Positions 45,162 through 55,982 of a DNA stretch of 64,000 nucleotides are shown in pieces. This DNA comes from Desulfurivibrionaceae bacterium (GTDB lineage: Bacteria; Desulfobacterota; Desulfobulbia; Desulfobulbales; VMSU01), in contig JAQYVV010000006.1 in the NCBI GenBank assembly GCA_030145275.1, positions 8,000 to 71,999 on the forward strand, in the 5' to 3' direction. The notes beneath the pieces are model-generated. The model had not been told where the DNA came from. It saw nothing but the letters and a program-made list of their open reading frames with translations, and did no database searches. Position 1 is the first letter of the stretch. Every line of letters starts with the position of its first letter. The position numbers and the translations under genes are program-made.

Positions 45162-46853
45162 ATGACACATCCTTCCCCCAATATGCATTTACCTCACCTG
45201 CTTGACGACTGCCAGGAAGCTTTTCTTTTTTGCGAACCAGACGGCAGGGTTGTATACTTCAATAAATCTTACGAACTTTTTATAAAAAACAATTTCAACT
45301 CTTCCTTAAAAAAAGAAGAGATCATATATGACCTGCTGCCCAAGCGCCTGCAACCGGGACTTAAAAAGTTACACGCCAAAACATTGCGGGGAGAGTTACA
45401 ATCTGTTGAATTATCCCACCCGCATCCTTCCGGGAAACTCGCATATTTTGAGTTATCCGTATCGCCTGTCTATTCCAACAAAAAAATTGAGGGTGTATTT
45501 GAAATTATAAAAGAAATAACTCCACGAAAAGATAAGCAAAACGAACTCGAACACAATTTCAATCGTTTAGAGAAGCAGATATCTGAGGAAGAGGCCTACT
45601 ATCTAGACACCAATATCGTTCTCGCCAAAGAGATCGCTGAGCGCAATTTGGTGGAAGAAAAGTTAAAAGAAAACGAAGAACGCCTTGCTCAAATCATTCA
45701 CGGTAACTCAATCCCTACCTTTGTTATAGACCAAAACCACACCATCACCCATTGGAATAAGGCCTGCGAACGATTAACCGGGCTTCCTGGCACTGACATG
45801 ATAGGTACCAAAAACCAGTGGAAGCCATTTTACCTTCATAAACGACCAACCCTTGCTGATTTGGTTTTAGATCGTGCCAACACAAAGGGATTTAAACATT
45901 TTTATAGAGGGAAATTCAGAAAATCATCGCTGCTGAGCGAAGCTTATGAGGCCGAAGATTATTTTGATTTCCGTGAAGTAGGTAAATGGCTTTTCTTTGC
46001 GGCAGCTCCCTTAAAAAACACCTCAGGTGAAATAATTGGAGCCATTGAGACACTACAGGACATTACAGACCGGAAAGGAATGGAGCAGGAGATTCGGGAT
46101 TATCACAAAATCCTGCAAACTCGCATTGAAGAACGTACCGAACAGTTAAAAATAACCTACGACCAACTTCTTCATGCTGAAAAATTAAGCGCCGCAGGAA
46201 AACTCGCAGCTTCCATTGCCCATGAATTTGGTAATCCCATTATCGGCATCAGGAATTTTCTTAAGGCACTACTGAAATCGTCTTCAATTGATAAAAATGA
46301 CCTTGAGGTTATAGAACTTGCTGTTCATGAGTGCCAGAGGGTCAAAGATCTCATTAGCAACCTACAGGACTTCAACAGACCCACCAGCGGTACAATTGCT
46401 CCAATGCACCTTCATAAAGCAATTGACGACATGCTCTTGTTTTGCAAAAAGAACATGAAGGAAAGACATATACAGGTTATTAAAAAATATGCGGGAAAAT
46501 TACCACGCATTCATGCTATATCAGACCAAATAAAACAGGTAATTCTAAATTGCCTAAATAACGCCGCTGAATCAATCAAAGAAGAACATGGCACCGTTAC
46601 CATACAGACAGAAGTTGATAACAATAAAATTTTACTCCACATCAGTGACACAGGTAAAGGAATAAAGGATTCTGACATTGACTCTATATTTGAGCCTTTT
46701 TTCTCTACAAAAGCAGCAGTAGAAGGAACAGGCTTAGGACTTTCCGTGAGCTACGGCATTATCAAAAGACATTGCGGAGATATTGAAGTGACTGAAACGT
46801 CTGAAAAAGGAACAACTTTTACCATTAGCCTGCCTATAAAGGCACCCGAATAA
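45162..46853 (+). CDS. Cytoplasmic PAS-domain sensor histidine kinase
   Basis: Two PAS-like regions, H-box SIAHEFGNP, and HATPase_c with GTGLGLSVSYGI. I see no TM segment. Confidence 0.85.
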   Translation: MTHPSPNMHLPHLLDDCQEAFLFCEPDGRVVYFNKSYELFIKNNFNSSLKKEEIIYDLLPKRLQPGLKKLHAKTLRGELQSVELSHPHPSGKLAYFELSVSPVYSNKKIEGVFEIIKEITPRKDKQNELEHNFNRLEKQISEEEAYYLDTNIVLAKEIAERNLVEEKLKENEERLAQIIHGNSIPTFVIDQNHTITHWNKACERLTGLPGTDMIGTKNQWKPFYLHKRPTLADLVLDRANTKGFKHFYRGKFRKSSLLSEAYEAEDYFDFREVGKWLFFAAAPLKNTSGEIIGAIETLQDITDRKGMEQEIRDYHKILQTRIEERTEQLKITYDQLLHAEKLSAAGKLAASIAHEFGNPIIGIRNFLKALLKSSSIDKNDLEVIELAVHECQRVKDLISNLQDFNRPTSGTIAPMHLHKAIDDMLLFCKKNMKERHIQVIKKYAGKLPRIHAISDQIKQVILNCLNNAAESIKEEHGTVTIQTEVDNNKILLHISDTGKGIKDSDIDSIFEPFFSTKAAVEGTGLGLSVSYGIIKRHCGDIEVTETSEKGTTFTISLPIKAPE

Positions 46854-46863
46854 GATTATTACT

Positions 46864-46879
46864 GTAGCTGAATAGTTAC
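46864..46879. repeat. Solo type B terminus (GTAGCTGAATAGTTAC)
   Basis: It matches the right terminus of the type B copies and lies between convergent kinase genes. Confidence 0.5.
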
Positions 46880-46882
46880 CAT

Positions 46883-48328
46883 TCACAGTTCAATTCTAAA
46901 AACAGTCCCCTCACCTTTCTCACTCGTAACCATAATAGTACCATTGTGATTCTCTATAATATTTTTCACTATAGCCAATCCCAGACCAGTCCCCCTGGTT
47001 TTATCCGTAAAAAAGGGATTAAATATCTGCTCTTGGACCTCAGCATCCATTCCTTCCCCGGTATCGCATATTTCTATCAATAGCGAAGCTTTACTGCGTC
47101 GAGGTAGTTTCCTGGTAGAGACCAAAAGAACACCACCATCTGGCATGGCATGAACAGCATTTACGAAAATGTTTAAGAATGCCCGATACAACTGTTCCTG
47201 ATCAATAAGGAGTGGCTTCAAACCATCTTGCATACCATCTTCAAATTTAATATTTTGCTTTTTTAACTCTGGCTCCATAAAGGTGATCACCCTTCGAAGT
47301 AGGTCATTAACTGAGGTTTTCTCAAATTTTGGTTTTTGTGGGCGAGCAAAGTCTAAAAATTCAGAGACAATCCCATTTAACCTGCCAGTTTCATCAATAA
47401 TTATCTTGGCAAGATATTCATTTCCCGGCGCAAGTTTCCTAAGGCGTCTTGCCAAAAGCTCAGCGGTACTGCGTACAATCCCCAATGGATTTTTTATTTC
47501 ATGGGAAACAGAGGCAACCATTTTCCCCAACCCTGCCAATCTCTCGGCATGATTTAATTTTTCTTCTAATTTTCTTCGTTCTGCAGCTCTAGCCTCTATA
47601 ATCTTATCGGCCCGCGCCACAATCAAGCCCAAGACAACAAAAAGGGCTGACATTATGATAACTGCGGTTCCAATTATCACCCCTTGCAAACGAATAAGTG
47701 CCGTAAATTCTTGGGACAGATCTTGTACAATCTCAAAAACTCCCATGATGGGCCCGGTGCTTTGCCCAGGACCTTTTTCCTGGCGAAAAGGAATAAAAGT
47801 TCTCAGTTCACAAAATATAGGATCCGTAGTCGGCATCAAACTTAGTATAGAGCCGGAAAAGTTTAAATTAGAATTATTCTCACCCTTTAAGGCCTTTTGA
47901 TACTCGCTGCGACCAAGACCTTTTTTACCGATGAGATCAGAGATCGTGCTGTAGGAAACAATCCCCTCATCCCGGTCAAAAATAGTAACTGACTGTACAT
48001 GCATACCGTGGGTTGTGTTTCTAACAATTGTATCAAGTCGTTCAAACTGATCGGGGTTACTTATGGCAATTTTCCCATATCGTCGTAACGCCGGGATAAC
48101 AAATTGTAAAAAGACCTGGTGATTGAGATTATTGGCCAGGACCCGAGCATATCCCTCACTCTGTTCGATGAGCATTTGCTTTGTGTGATTTGAAATGATC
48201 CATACCAGAATTATAGTCGAAAGCAAAAAAACGATAAGGCCGGTAAAAGAAAAAAACTTGACCAGCCTGAAAGGTTTCAAGGTTGAAAGATCTCGGGCAA
48301 TAACCGATTTTTTTTCGGCATCAGTCAT
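46883..48328 (-). CDS. Membrane sensor histidine kinase
   Basis: Two TM segments, H-box SVSHEIKNPL, and HATPase_c with GTGLGLAIV. The start was set at ATGACTGA, which overlaps the upstream stop by 8 nt. Confidence 0.8.
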   Translation of the reverse strand: MTDAEKKSVIARDLSTLKPFRLVKFFSFTGLIVFLLSTIILVWIISNHTKQMLIEQSEGYARVLANNLNHQVFLQFVIPALRRYGKIAISNPDQFERLDTIVRNTTHGMHVQSVTIFDRDEGIVSYSTISDLIGKKGLGRSEYQKALKGENNSNLNFSGSILSLMPTTDPIFCELRTFIPFRQEKGPGQSTGPIMGVFEIVQDLSQEFTALIRLQGVIIGTAVIIMSALFVVLGLIVARADKIIEARAAERRKLEEKLNHAERLAGLGKMVASVSHEIKNPLGIVRSTAELLARRLRKLAPGNEYLAKIIIDETGRLNGIVSEFLDFARPQKPKFEKTSVNDLLRRVITFMEPELKKQNIKFEDGMQDGLKPLLIDQEQLYRAFLNIFVNAVHAMPDGGVLLVSTRKLPRRSKASLLIEICDTGEGMDAEVQEQIFNPFFTDKTRGTGLGLAIVKNIIENHNGTIMVTSEKGEGTVFRIEL

Positions 48329-50057
48329 TACAAACTCCACATCGCTTGCACTTGGTAGGCCCTGCAATCCCACATCCTTTTGATGATTCACTTTTTAGTG
48401 ACATTTGATACTCTTTCCAAAGATAGCTTTTCTTAATGCCATGATCAATTATTTCCCAGGGGAAGACCTCATCCCTTTCTCTGTCCCTCATGGCATAAAA
48501 ACCTGGATCTATATTCTCTTCAACCAAAACTTGCCGCCAATTCCTTTCCTGTCTGGATATTTCCAGCAAGGCCCTACCAACTTTTCGGTCACCTCGCGCC
48601 ATGACTGCTTGGAAAAAAGCCTTCTCGGGATTATCAACGGTGATTCTGAGGTTTGCAATTCCAGCCAATTTCTTGCGTATATATTTTATTTTACCCTTCA
48701 ACTCCTTAACCGGCCTAAAACTACAGTACTGGAAAGGAGTCCAAGCCTTTGGCACAAATGAATTAATACTTAAGAAAATATCACTTAAATGCCCCCGCGC
48801 ACGACCAATCTCTGTTACCCTTTCATGAATCTCCCGGATCAACCGAACCATTTCGGCCAAATCCTCTTCATTTTCAGTGGGAAGACCTATCATATAATAT
48901 AGTTTTAGATTTTTCACCCCAGCCCTGACTAAAGATTCGGCAGCACTAAATATATCTTTTTCGGTAATATTCTTACTGATTACCCGCCGCAAACGTTCAG
49001 AGCCACCATCCGGCGCGATGGCTGCACTTTTCAAAGCACTTCGTTCAAGTAGCTGCAAAAGTTGGGGATTGATCATATCTGCCCTAAGGGAGGAAAAAGA
49101 GAGGGCACAGGACTCTTTAAGGAGATATTTGGTAATGTTCTCAAGGTCAGCCGGGTTGACCATCTCCATACCAAGAAGCCCAACCCTACTCGCCCCTTCT
49201 GGTCGCAGATCAATGGCCTTAATAATGGAATCAGAGCTCCAGAGACGAGGAGGACGATAGACAAAACCGGCGGCACAAAACCGGCACCCTCGGCTGCAGC
49301 CGCGGCCAAGCTCAGTAAGAAAAATATTAGAAAACTCGGTATTTGGAGTCAGTATGGCTGAATGACCAGCCTCTGGTTGTTCTTCCGTACGTATTTTTTT
49401 AATTTTTTCAGGAAAACCATTGAGAACAGAAAAGGAATGAAATGTACCGTCATCGTTATAACTGGGTTCGTAATATGCGGGGACATAACATCCTGGTACC
49501 TTTTGGGCTATATCCTCAAGAAGGGAACCTTTTGCCAATTGAGCATGCTTATCAAGTAGTATAGTCAGAATCTCAGGCAAAACAGATTCAGCCTCACCCA
49601 AGACAAAAAAATCGAAAAATGGCGCAAGTGGTTCAGGGTTAATAAAGGTTGCAACCCCTCCAGCAATTATCAATGGATTGGTAGATTGTATTTTTTTGTC
49701 GTTGGGACGATCCTGAGCCAAGGGTTCAAGACCTGCCATATCTAGGATCGAGATCAGGTTTGGGAAATCAAGTTCAAAGCTGATAGAAAAAAGGATGACC
49801 GGAAAATCGGCCAAGGGACGATTGGATTCTATTGATAACGGTTTGGAATCAATGGGAAGAAAAACACGTTCACAGACAATTTCATCATAACTGTTTAGAA
49901 TTTTGTAGATTAGCTGGAAACCAAGATTTGACATCCCCAACTGATATGAGTTTGGAAAGACCAAAGCAACAGGCAGTTTGTCCTTCCATTTTTTCTTTAT
50001 ACTGCCCGTCTCTTCTAATTGGGTATTTTTATCCCCCCCTCTAACATATTTCTTCAT
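48321..50057 (-). CDS. Radical SAM protein with an N-terminal B12-binding-like domain
   Basis: The Cx3Cx2C cluster is in TELGRGCSRGCRFCAAG. The Rossmann-like N-terminus reads VALVFPNSYQLGMSNLGFQ. Confidence 0.8.
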   Translation of the reverse strand: MKKYVRGGDKNTQLEETGSIKKKWKDKLPVALVFPNSYQLGMSNLGFQLIYKILNSYDEIVCERVFLPIDSKPLSIESNRPLADFPVILFSISFELDFPNLISILDMAGLEPLAQDRPNDKKIQSTNPLIIAGGVATFINPEPLAPFFDFFVLGEAESVLPEILTILLDKHAQLAKGSLLEDIAQKVPGCYVPAYYEPSYNDDGTFHSFSVLNGFPEKIKKIRTEEQPEAGHSAILTPNTEFSNIFLTELGRGCSRGCRFCAAGFVYRPPRLWSSDSIIKAIDLRPEGASRVGLLGMEMVNPADLENITKYLLKESCALSFSSLRADMINPQLLQLLERSALKSAAIAPDGGSERLRRVISKNITEKDIFSAAESLVRAGVKNLKLYYMIGLPTENEEDLAEMVRLIREIHERVTEIGRARGHLSDIFLSINSFVPKAWTPFQYCSFRPVKELKGKIKYIRKKLAGIANLRITVDNPEKAFFQAVMARGDRKVGRALLEISRQERNWRQVLVEENIDPGFYAMRDRERDEVFPWEIIDHGIKKSYLWKEYQMSLKSESSKGCGIAGPTKCKRCGVCND

Positions 50058-50084
50058 CTTAGACGAGAATCTCTTACGACGCCA

Positions 50085-51314
50085 TCAGTTTTCGTTTCTG
50101 CGGATAAAGGTAGGGCGATCCAATTCGTCTTCGTCAAAGATATTATTTGTCTGAGGAAACGGGCTTCTGATGGGAGGCCGCCGGTGACTTGGCGGATTAT
50201 TGGCAGTAAAACCAACTCCTTCAGCCTTCTCGTCCTCGCTTATCATTTCACTCGGCGAGGTTTGTGCCGGTGCCATCCGTGTCTTTTCAATGTTTTCCGG
50301 TTTCATCACCAAGGTTTTAACCTTGGACGGAAGCTGCTCCATCTCGTCTTCAGAATTAATCCCGGTGGCAACAACCGTCACCCTCATCGTCTCGCCAAGA
50401 GACTCATCAAACATTACACCTAAGATAATATTGGCGTCGTCATGCACTTCCTCATAAATCCTGGTGGTTGCTTCTGTCACTTCTGCCATGGTCAGAGAAT
50501 CCTCTCTGGCAGAAATGTTAACGAGTACCCCCTTGGCACCATCTATACTAATGTCCTGTAAAAGAGGGCTGGCAATGGCATTATTGACAGCCTCGGAGGC
50601 ACGGTTTTCACCAACTCCCTGCCCTGCCCCCATCAGTGCCGGTCCCATTTCATTCATAACCGCACGAACGTCAGCAAAATCTGGGTTAATATATCCTCTT
50701 AAATTAATAAGATCGGTAATGCCTTTTACTGCCTGAACCAGAACATTGTCGGCCATTTTCATCCCATCAATAAAGGTGGTCCCTTTCTGGGTCAATGAGA
50801 TAAGACGATCATTGGGAATAGTGATAATTGTATCAACATGTTTTTTAAGTTCCAGCCAACCTTTCTCAGCATTTTTCATCCGAGACCGCCCTTCAAAAAC
50901 AAACGGTTTGGTGACAACAGCAACTGTAAGTGCGCCAAGCTCCCGGCTTATTCTTGCAACGACGGGCGCAGCCCCAGTTCCAGTACCACCGCCAAGACCG
51001 GCAGTAACAAAAACCATGTCAGACCCCCTAAGGGTCTCTTTTATCTCTTCCAAGCTCTCTTCGGCGGAATCCCGTCCTAGATCAGGGTTTGCACCTGCCC
51101 CCAGGCCCTTAGTCTTATGGGGTCCCAACTGGATACGAATATCTGCCTTGGATGACTCCAATGCCTGAAGATCGGTATTTCCAGAAATAAAATCAACACC
51201 CACCATTTTACTTTCAACCATGGTATTGACAGCATTGCCGCCTCCACCACCAACCCCTACTACCCGGATTTTCGCCCTTGAATCTACTTCCGCAAATTCA
51301 AATGTCATATTCAT
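50085..51314 (-). CDS. ftsZ: Cell division GTPase FtsZ
   Basis: GVGGGGGNAVN, GLGGGTGTGAAPV. Confidence 0.97.
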   Translation of the reverse strand: MNMTFEFAEVDSRAKIRVVGVGGGGGNAVNTMVESKMVGVDFISGNTDLQALESSKADIRIQLGPHKTKGLGAGANPDLGRDSAEESLEEIKETLRGSDMVFVTAGLGGGTGTGAAPVVARISRELGALTVAVVTKPFVFEGRSRMKNAEKGWLELKKHVDTIITIPNDRLISLTQKGTTFIDGMKMADNVLVQAVKGITDLINLRGYINPDFADVRAVMNEMGPALMGAGQGVGENRASEAVNNAIASPLLQDISIDGAKGVLVNISAREDSLTMAEVTEATTRIYEEVHDDANIILGVMFDESLGETMRVTVVATGINSEDEMEQLPSKVKTLVMKPENIEKTRMAPAQTSPSEMISEDEKAEGVGFTANNPPSHRRPPIRSPFPQTNNIFDEDELDRPTFIRRNEN

Positions 51315-51373
51315 CTCCCTTTCTAACTGTTCAGGTTGGGTTGCAAACTACCCTCAACTCAGTAGTGTACGGT

Positions 51374-52615
51374 TTACATTATTCTACCGAAAAGCTCCTT
51401 GAAACGAGAACCAATTTGTCTAATTACGTTTTTATTCCTTCCAACAAATTGACTCGGCTTATTAGCCATTCCATAAATTACCAATCCCACGCCAGTAGCA
51501 CACTGGGGAGTAGTTACAATATCACTCACACCACCAATACCTTGTGGAATACCTATCCTCACCGGCAAATCAAAAATCTGCTCGGCAATCTCATGAATGT
51601 TTTCAAGAAGTGCCGTACCCCCGGTAATAACAACTCCAGCAGTAGCCAGACCCTTAAGTGTTGTATCATTATAGGATCTTTCATCCATCTCCTGATTAAT
51701 CAGGGTCAACATCTCTTCGACCCTCGGTTCAAGAATTTCCCCCATAACCTTCCTGGACATACGCCTTGGGGTCCTGCCTCCGACACTTGGCACATCAATG
51801 GCCTGATCTTTGTCGATCATTGAAGACAAGGCACAGCCATACTCCTCTTTCAACCTCTGCGCTTCCTGCATAGGCGTGCGCAAACCAATGGAAAGATCAT
51901 TTGTCAAATTATTTCCACCAACTCCAAGTACAAAAGTGTGGCGGATCGCCCCTTCTGAAAATATAGCAAGATCAGATGTGCCTCCGCCAATATCGATAAG
52001 AGCGACACCAAGATCCATTTCCTCAGGAGACAAAACAGCACCAGCAGAAGCAAGAGGTTCAATAACCACGCTCGCCACTTCAAGCCCTGCCAAATTGCAG
52101 CATTTTACAATATTGTGGACTGCAGAAGCGGAACCCGTAACAATGTGCACATCCGCCTCAAGCCTGACCCCGGTCATACCCTGGGGATCCTGGATGCCTG
52201 AATGATCATCCACCGTATACTCCTGCGGCAAGACGTGGATAACCTCAAGATCAGGAGGAATCGGCACAGCTCGAGCGGCCTCAACAACACGCTCAATATC
52301 CTCTGCCCGGATTTCCCTCTGATTTATGGCAATCAAACCATGACTGTTGAAACCCTTAATATGACTGCCAGCAATACCGACATAGACAACTGAAACATCA
52401 CAACCGGCCATCATCTCAGCCTCGTGAATGGCCTTAGAGATCGATTTCACCGTGTTTTCAATGTTTACGACAACACCTTTGCGCATCCCCACAGAAGGGT
52501 GCGTCCCAATTCCGACAATATCAACATTGCCATCCTTGATCTCCCCTACAACCGCGCAAATCTTGGTGGTCCCTATATCAAGACCAACTATTAACTCAGC
52601 GTCATCACGACCCAT
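51374..52615 (-). CDS. ftsA: Cell division protein FtsA
   Basis: VGLDIGTTKICAVV, DIGGGTSDLAIF. Confidence 0.95.
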   Translation of the reverse strand: MGRDDAELIVGLDIGTTKICAVVGEIKDGNVDIVGIGTHPSVGMRKGVVVNIENTVKSISKAIHEAEMMAGCDVSVVYVGIAGSHIKGFNSHGLIAINQREIRAEDIERVVEAARAVPIPPDLEVIHVLPQEYTVDDHSGIQDPQGMTGVRLEADVHIVTGSASAVHNIVKCCNLAGLEVASVVIEPLASAGAVLSPEEMDLGVALIDIGGGTSDLAIFSEGAIRHTFVLGVGGNNLTNDLSIGLRTPMQEAQRLKEEYGCALSSMIDKDQAIDVPSVGGRTPRRMSRKVMGEILEPRVEEMLTLINQEMDERSYNDTTLKGLATAGVVITGGTALLENIHEIAEQIFDLPVRIGIPQGIGGVSDIVTTPQCATGVGLVIYGMANKPSQFVGRNKNVIRQIGSRFKELFGRIM

Positions 52616-52631
52616 TAAAGCTTCCTTTTGT

Positions 52632-52780
52632 GTAACTGTTCAGCTGCACCCCATCCGGAGTCTGCGCTACCTGCGCGCGCCCAACGGAAGTACCCTTGGG
52701 GTGCGAACAGGCCTTCCAGCATACCGATGTATAGCTGAAAGGCCTGTTCACACACACCTGGGGCACATCTGAACAGTTAC
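52632..52780. repeat. Palindromic intergenic repeat, type B, between ftsQ and ftsA
   Basis: GTAACTGTTCAGCTGCACCCC...GGGGCACATCTGAACAGTTAC with an internal GAACAGGCCTT...AAGGCCTGTTC hairpin. Confidence 0.9.
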
Positions 52781-52793
52781 CCTTTTGTCGTAC

Positions 52794-53663
52794 TTAATTT
52801 GTATCATTTTTTCCAACTAAAACCCTATTATTCATATAATCCATACGGATAAAGTTTACATCAGAAAACTCTCTTTTTTTATACAACCAATATAATACTT
52901 TTGCCAACCGATAATACCTTTTTGAGCTGACCTCTTTCCCTATGTATATTGGAAACGGGCGATCAGCTAGGAACAAAATATATTCATCGTTTTCAGTTAT
53001 ATGTATCTCTGAAATATTCTGCCTGGGAAGAGAGGAACTTCCTGCCCCCGCATATCTTATAAACAGGAGTGCTTTTTCTAGAACTTCACCCCTTTCCTGC
53101 TCTGCTTTAGCACCAGAAGCAACAGGGGCATCGAGCTTTTTTTCAATTCCTGTTATTACTGGATAATCAAGATCTTCCGGCGGATTGGCCTCAGCAAAAA
53201 CCACCCCGCTTTTATCCATAAAAAAGAGGCCATTTTCCGTGTTAACTAGAGCCGCAGGAACTCTCTCCTGTATTTTTATGATAAGATCGCTGGGAAGATC
53301 CCTTTCCACAACCACTTTTTTGACCCACTTATGCTCTTCAATTTTCTGTTTGACACTAGCTGCACTCATGGCCAAAAGATTTGTCCGGATAGTAACACCC
53401 GATAACTCTAGTATCTGCTGTTTGTCTAAACGCCTCACGCCCTCTATCTTGATGGAGGTGATCTGAAAAAAATCCGACACCGCCAACAATTTATAGATCG
53501 AAAATATACCGATCCCAACAAACAAACCAACAGCAGCTCCGGTGGAGAGAAACAAAAACCTTTTTTTATCTGGCTTTGAATCTTTCTTTTGCTTTGCTGC
53601 CCAGCCGCTTTGCTGCTTCTTTTGCTTGAAGCGAGAATCTGTTATTTTTTTTTTAATCACCAA
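52794..53663 (-). CDS. ftsQ: Cell division protein FtsQ (POTRA)
   Basis: A TM segment, then the POTRA domain ITSIKIEGVRRLDKQQILELSG. Its position is between murB and ftsA. Confidence 0.85.
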   Translation of the reverse strand: MVIKKKITDSRFKQKKQQSGWAAKQKKDSKPDKKRFLFLSTGAAVGLFVGIGIFSIYKLLAVSDFFQITSIKIEGVRRLDKQQILELSGVTIRTNLLAMSAASVKQKIEEHKWVKKVVVERDLPSDLIIKIQERVPAALVNTENGLFFMDKSGVVFAEANPPEDLDYPVITGIEKKLDAPVASGAKAEQERGEVLEKALLFIRYAGAGSSSLPRQNISEIHITENDEYILFLADRPFPIYIGKEVSSKRYYRLAKVLYWLYKKREFSDVNFIRMDYMNNRVLVGKNDTN

Positions 53664-54576
53664 GTATTTTCACTTCCGGTTCAAGCCACACCCCTGCTCT
53701 CACCTGGACTTTTTCTTGAATTTTCTTTTTAAGCTCAAGAATATCTGAGGCTGTTGCCCCACCTTTGTTCACAATAAAATTTGCATGGGCATGGGATACC
53801 TCTGCCCCTCCAACGCTCATCCCTTTCAACCCTGCCTCTTCAATCAATCTGCCGGCAAAATCACCCGGCGGGTTTTTAAAAAAGGAGCCGGCACTTGCGG
53901 CCTGAGGTTGTCTTTCTTTTCGATAGGTTATTGTCTTCAGGCAATCTTGCCTTATTGCTGTACCGTTCCCTCTTGAAAGAGTGAAACGGCTGGAAAGAAT
54001 AATACCCTCCTCCCCCCCCATCCATTTTCGATACTTGATATCTTCTGCCCGCATTTGTTTCAGATTAACCTTTCCGGATTTATCCAAAAGCTGTACCTGG
54101 TCAATACATGAGCAGATCGTAGCCCCCATGGCACCGGCGTTCATCGCGATTGCCCCACCAACTGAAGCGGGTATGCCTGAGAGAAATTCCAAGCCCGTCA
54201 ACTCCCTTTCAAGGCACCAGTTAAGCAGCTTTGCAATACTGCAACCCGCTTCCACCTCAAAGACCACATCCGCCCCCTGTTTTAATCCAGCCTCAAGCTC
54301 TACACATTTCAGTGCCGCTAATTTCTCTGACATAACTATGACAACGCCAGATAGCCCGCGATCAGAGACAAGAATATTGCTGCCCCTACCTATAACATGC
54401 CAAGGAATACCTTCTTTTGCCAACCCCGCCACCAACAAGGACAAATCTTTGACATTGTTTGGCAGAACCAATGCCTGAGCGGGTCCGCCGACCCTGAGAG
54501 TTGAGAAATCTGCCAAGGGGCAATCCCATCTAATTTCCCCTGGCCATAAATTTGCTATTTTTGTTGCATTGTCCAA
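53653..54576 (-). CDS. murB: UDP-N-acetylenolpyruvoylglucosamine reductase
   Basis: FSTLRVGGPAQ, GRGSNILV, and GSFFKNP. Confidence 0.92.
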   Translation of the reverse strand: MDNATKIANLWPGEIRWDCPLADFSTLRVGGPAQALVLPNNVKDLSLLVAGLAKEGIPWHVIGRGSNILVSDRGLSGVVIVMSEKLAALKCVELEAGLKQGADVVFEVEAGCSIAKLLNWCLERELTGLEFLSGIPASVGGAIAMNAGAMGATICSCIDQVQLLDKSGKVNLKQMRAEDIKYRKWMGGEEGIILSSRFTLSRGNGTAIRQDCLKTITYRKERQPQAASAGSFFKNPPGDFAGRLIEEAGLKGMSVGGAEVSHAHANFIVNKGGATASDILELKKKIQEKVQVRAGVWLEPEVKILGD

Positions 54577-54578
54577 GG

Positions 54579-55949
54579 TTAAAGCTTTTCCAACAGTTGT
54601 TCACCTGCAGATAAGATATTACCGGCGCCGAGAGTCAAAACAACATCCCCCTCTTCCAGCATTGGCAGGAGATGCGCAGGAATCTCTTCAACCTCTGGGG
54701 CGAGGGAGACATGACGATGTCCATACTTCTTGATCCCCTCCACCAGAGCCGTAGAGCTCACACCTTCAATTTCGGCCTCTCCAGCAGAGTAGATCTCTGT
54801 GACAAACAACAGATCCCCCTCATGAAATGCGGTGCAAAACTCCCTGAACAGGCCTTGTGTTCTTGTATAACGATGGGGCTGAAAAAGGACAATAAGTCTT
54901 CTTTTGGGCCATGCCGACCGTACTGCTGCCAAGGTTGCCCTTATCTCAGTGGGATGGTGTCCGTAATCATCGACGACCAGTATGCCTTTTTTCTCTCCCT
55001 TTATTTCCATCCGCCTTTGTACACCCGAAAAAGACTCCAATGCTGAGGCTATTTTTTTAAAAGGTATATCAAGTTCCAATGCAGCAGCGATTGTTGCCAG
55101 GGAATTTTGTATATTATGGATCCCAACCAGAGGCAGGGCAATACTCCCAAGAATCTCCCGTCCTGAATAAACATCAAAATGCGAGACAAGCCCTTCTATT
55201 TTAATTTCTCTGGCGTAGATATCTGCCTGGGAGGTCATTCCATAGGTGATAACCCGCTTCTGTATTTCTGGCAGCAGGTCTATAATGTTTGGATCATCCA
55301 TACATAGGACAGCAGCACCGTAGAAGGGTATCTTCTTGATAAATTCCAGAAAAACAGCTTTTATCTCTTCAATATCCTTATAAAAATCTAGGTGTTCCAA
55401 GTCAATATTGGTGACAATCTCAATGACCGGAGAAAGATGCAGAAAGGAGCCATCACTTTCATCCGCCTCTGCAACCAGGAAATCCCCCTCACCCAGTTTT
55501 GCATTACTGCCAATACTGTTCACCTTACCACCGATTACCACTGTAGGATCTAAGCCGCCCTGGGCCATCACCCAGCCAATAAGCGAAGTTGTCGATGTTT
55601 TTCCATGACTTCCAGCAACAGCAATACCAAATTTTTTGAGCCGCATAAGTTCGGCAAGCATTTCGGCCCGGGGAATTAGAGGAATGAAATTGGCGCGAGC
55701 GGCCAGCACCTCAGGGTTATCATCTTTAACCGCCGTAGAGGTGACAACCACATCGGCCCCTTTTACCCACTCTCCATGATGACCTTTGTAAATCTCCCCC
55801 CCAAGTGAAGCCAGTTTTTTAGTTATATCAGTCTCTCTCAGGTCAGAGCCGCTTATCTTGTACCCAAGATTCAACAACAGTTCAGCAATACCGCTCATGC
55901 CGATGCCGCCAATCCCAACGAAATGAATATGTTTATTTTTTTTATACAT
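54579..55949 (-). CDS. murC: UDP-N-acetylmuramate--L-alanine ligase
   Basis: [29 protein letters not shown]. Confidence 0.95.
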   Translation of the reverse strand: MYKKNKHIHFVGIGGIGMSGIAELLLNLGYKISGSDLRETDITKKLASLGGEIYKGHHGEWVKGADVVVTSTAVKDDNPEVLAARANFIPLIPRAEMLAELMRLKKFGIAVAGSHGKTSTTSLIGWVMAQGGLDPTVVIGGKVNSIGSNAKLGEGDFLVAEADESDGSFLHLSPVIEIVTNIDLEHLDFYKDIEEIKAVFLEFIKKIPFYGAAVLCMDDPNIIDLLPEIQKRVITYGMTSQADIYAREIKIEGLVSHFDVYSGREILGSIALPLVGIHNIQNSLATIAAALELDIPFKKIASALESFSGVQRRMEIKGEKKGILVVDDYGHHPTEIRATLAAVRSAWPKRRLIVLFQPHRYTRTQGLFREFCTAFHEGDLLFVTEIYSAGEAEIEGVSSTALVEGIKKYGHRHVSLAPEVEEIPAHLLPMLEEGDVVLTLGAGNILSAGEQLLEKL

Positions 55950-55982
55950 GTTTGCTCAGGATATTAATTTATCAAAGTTTGC

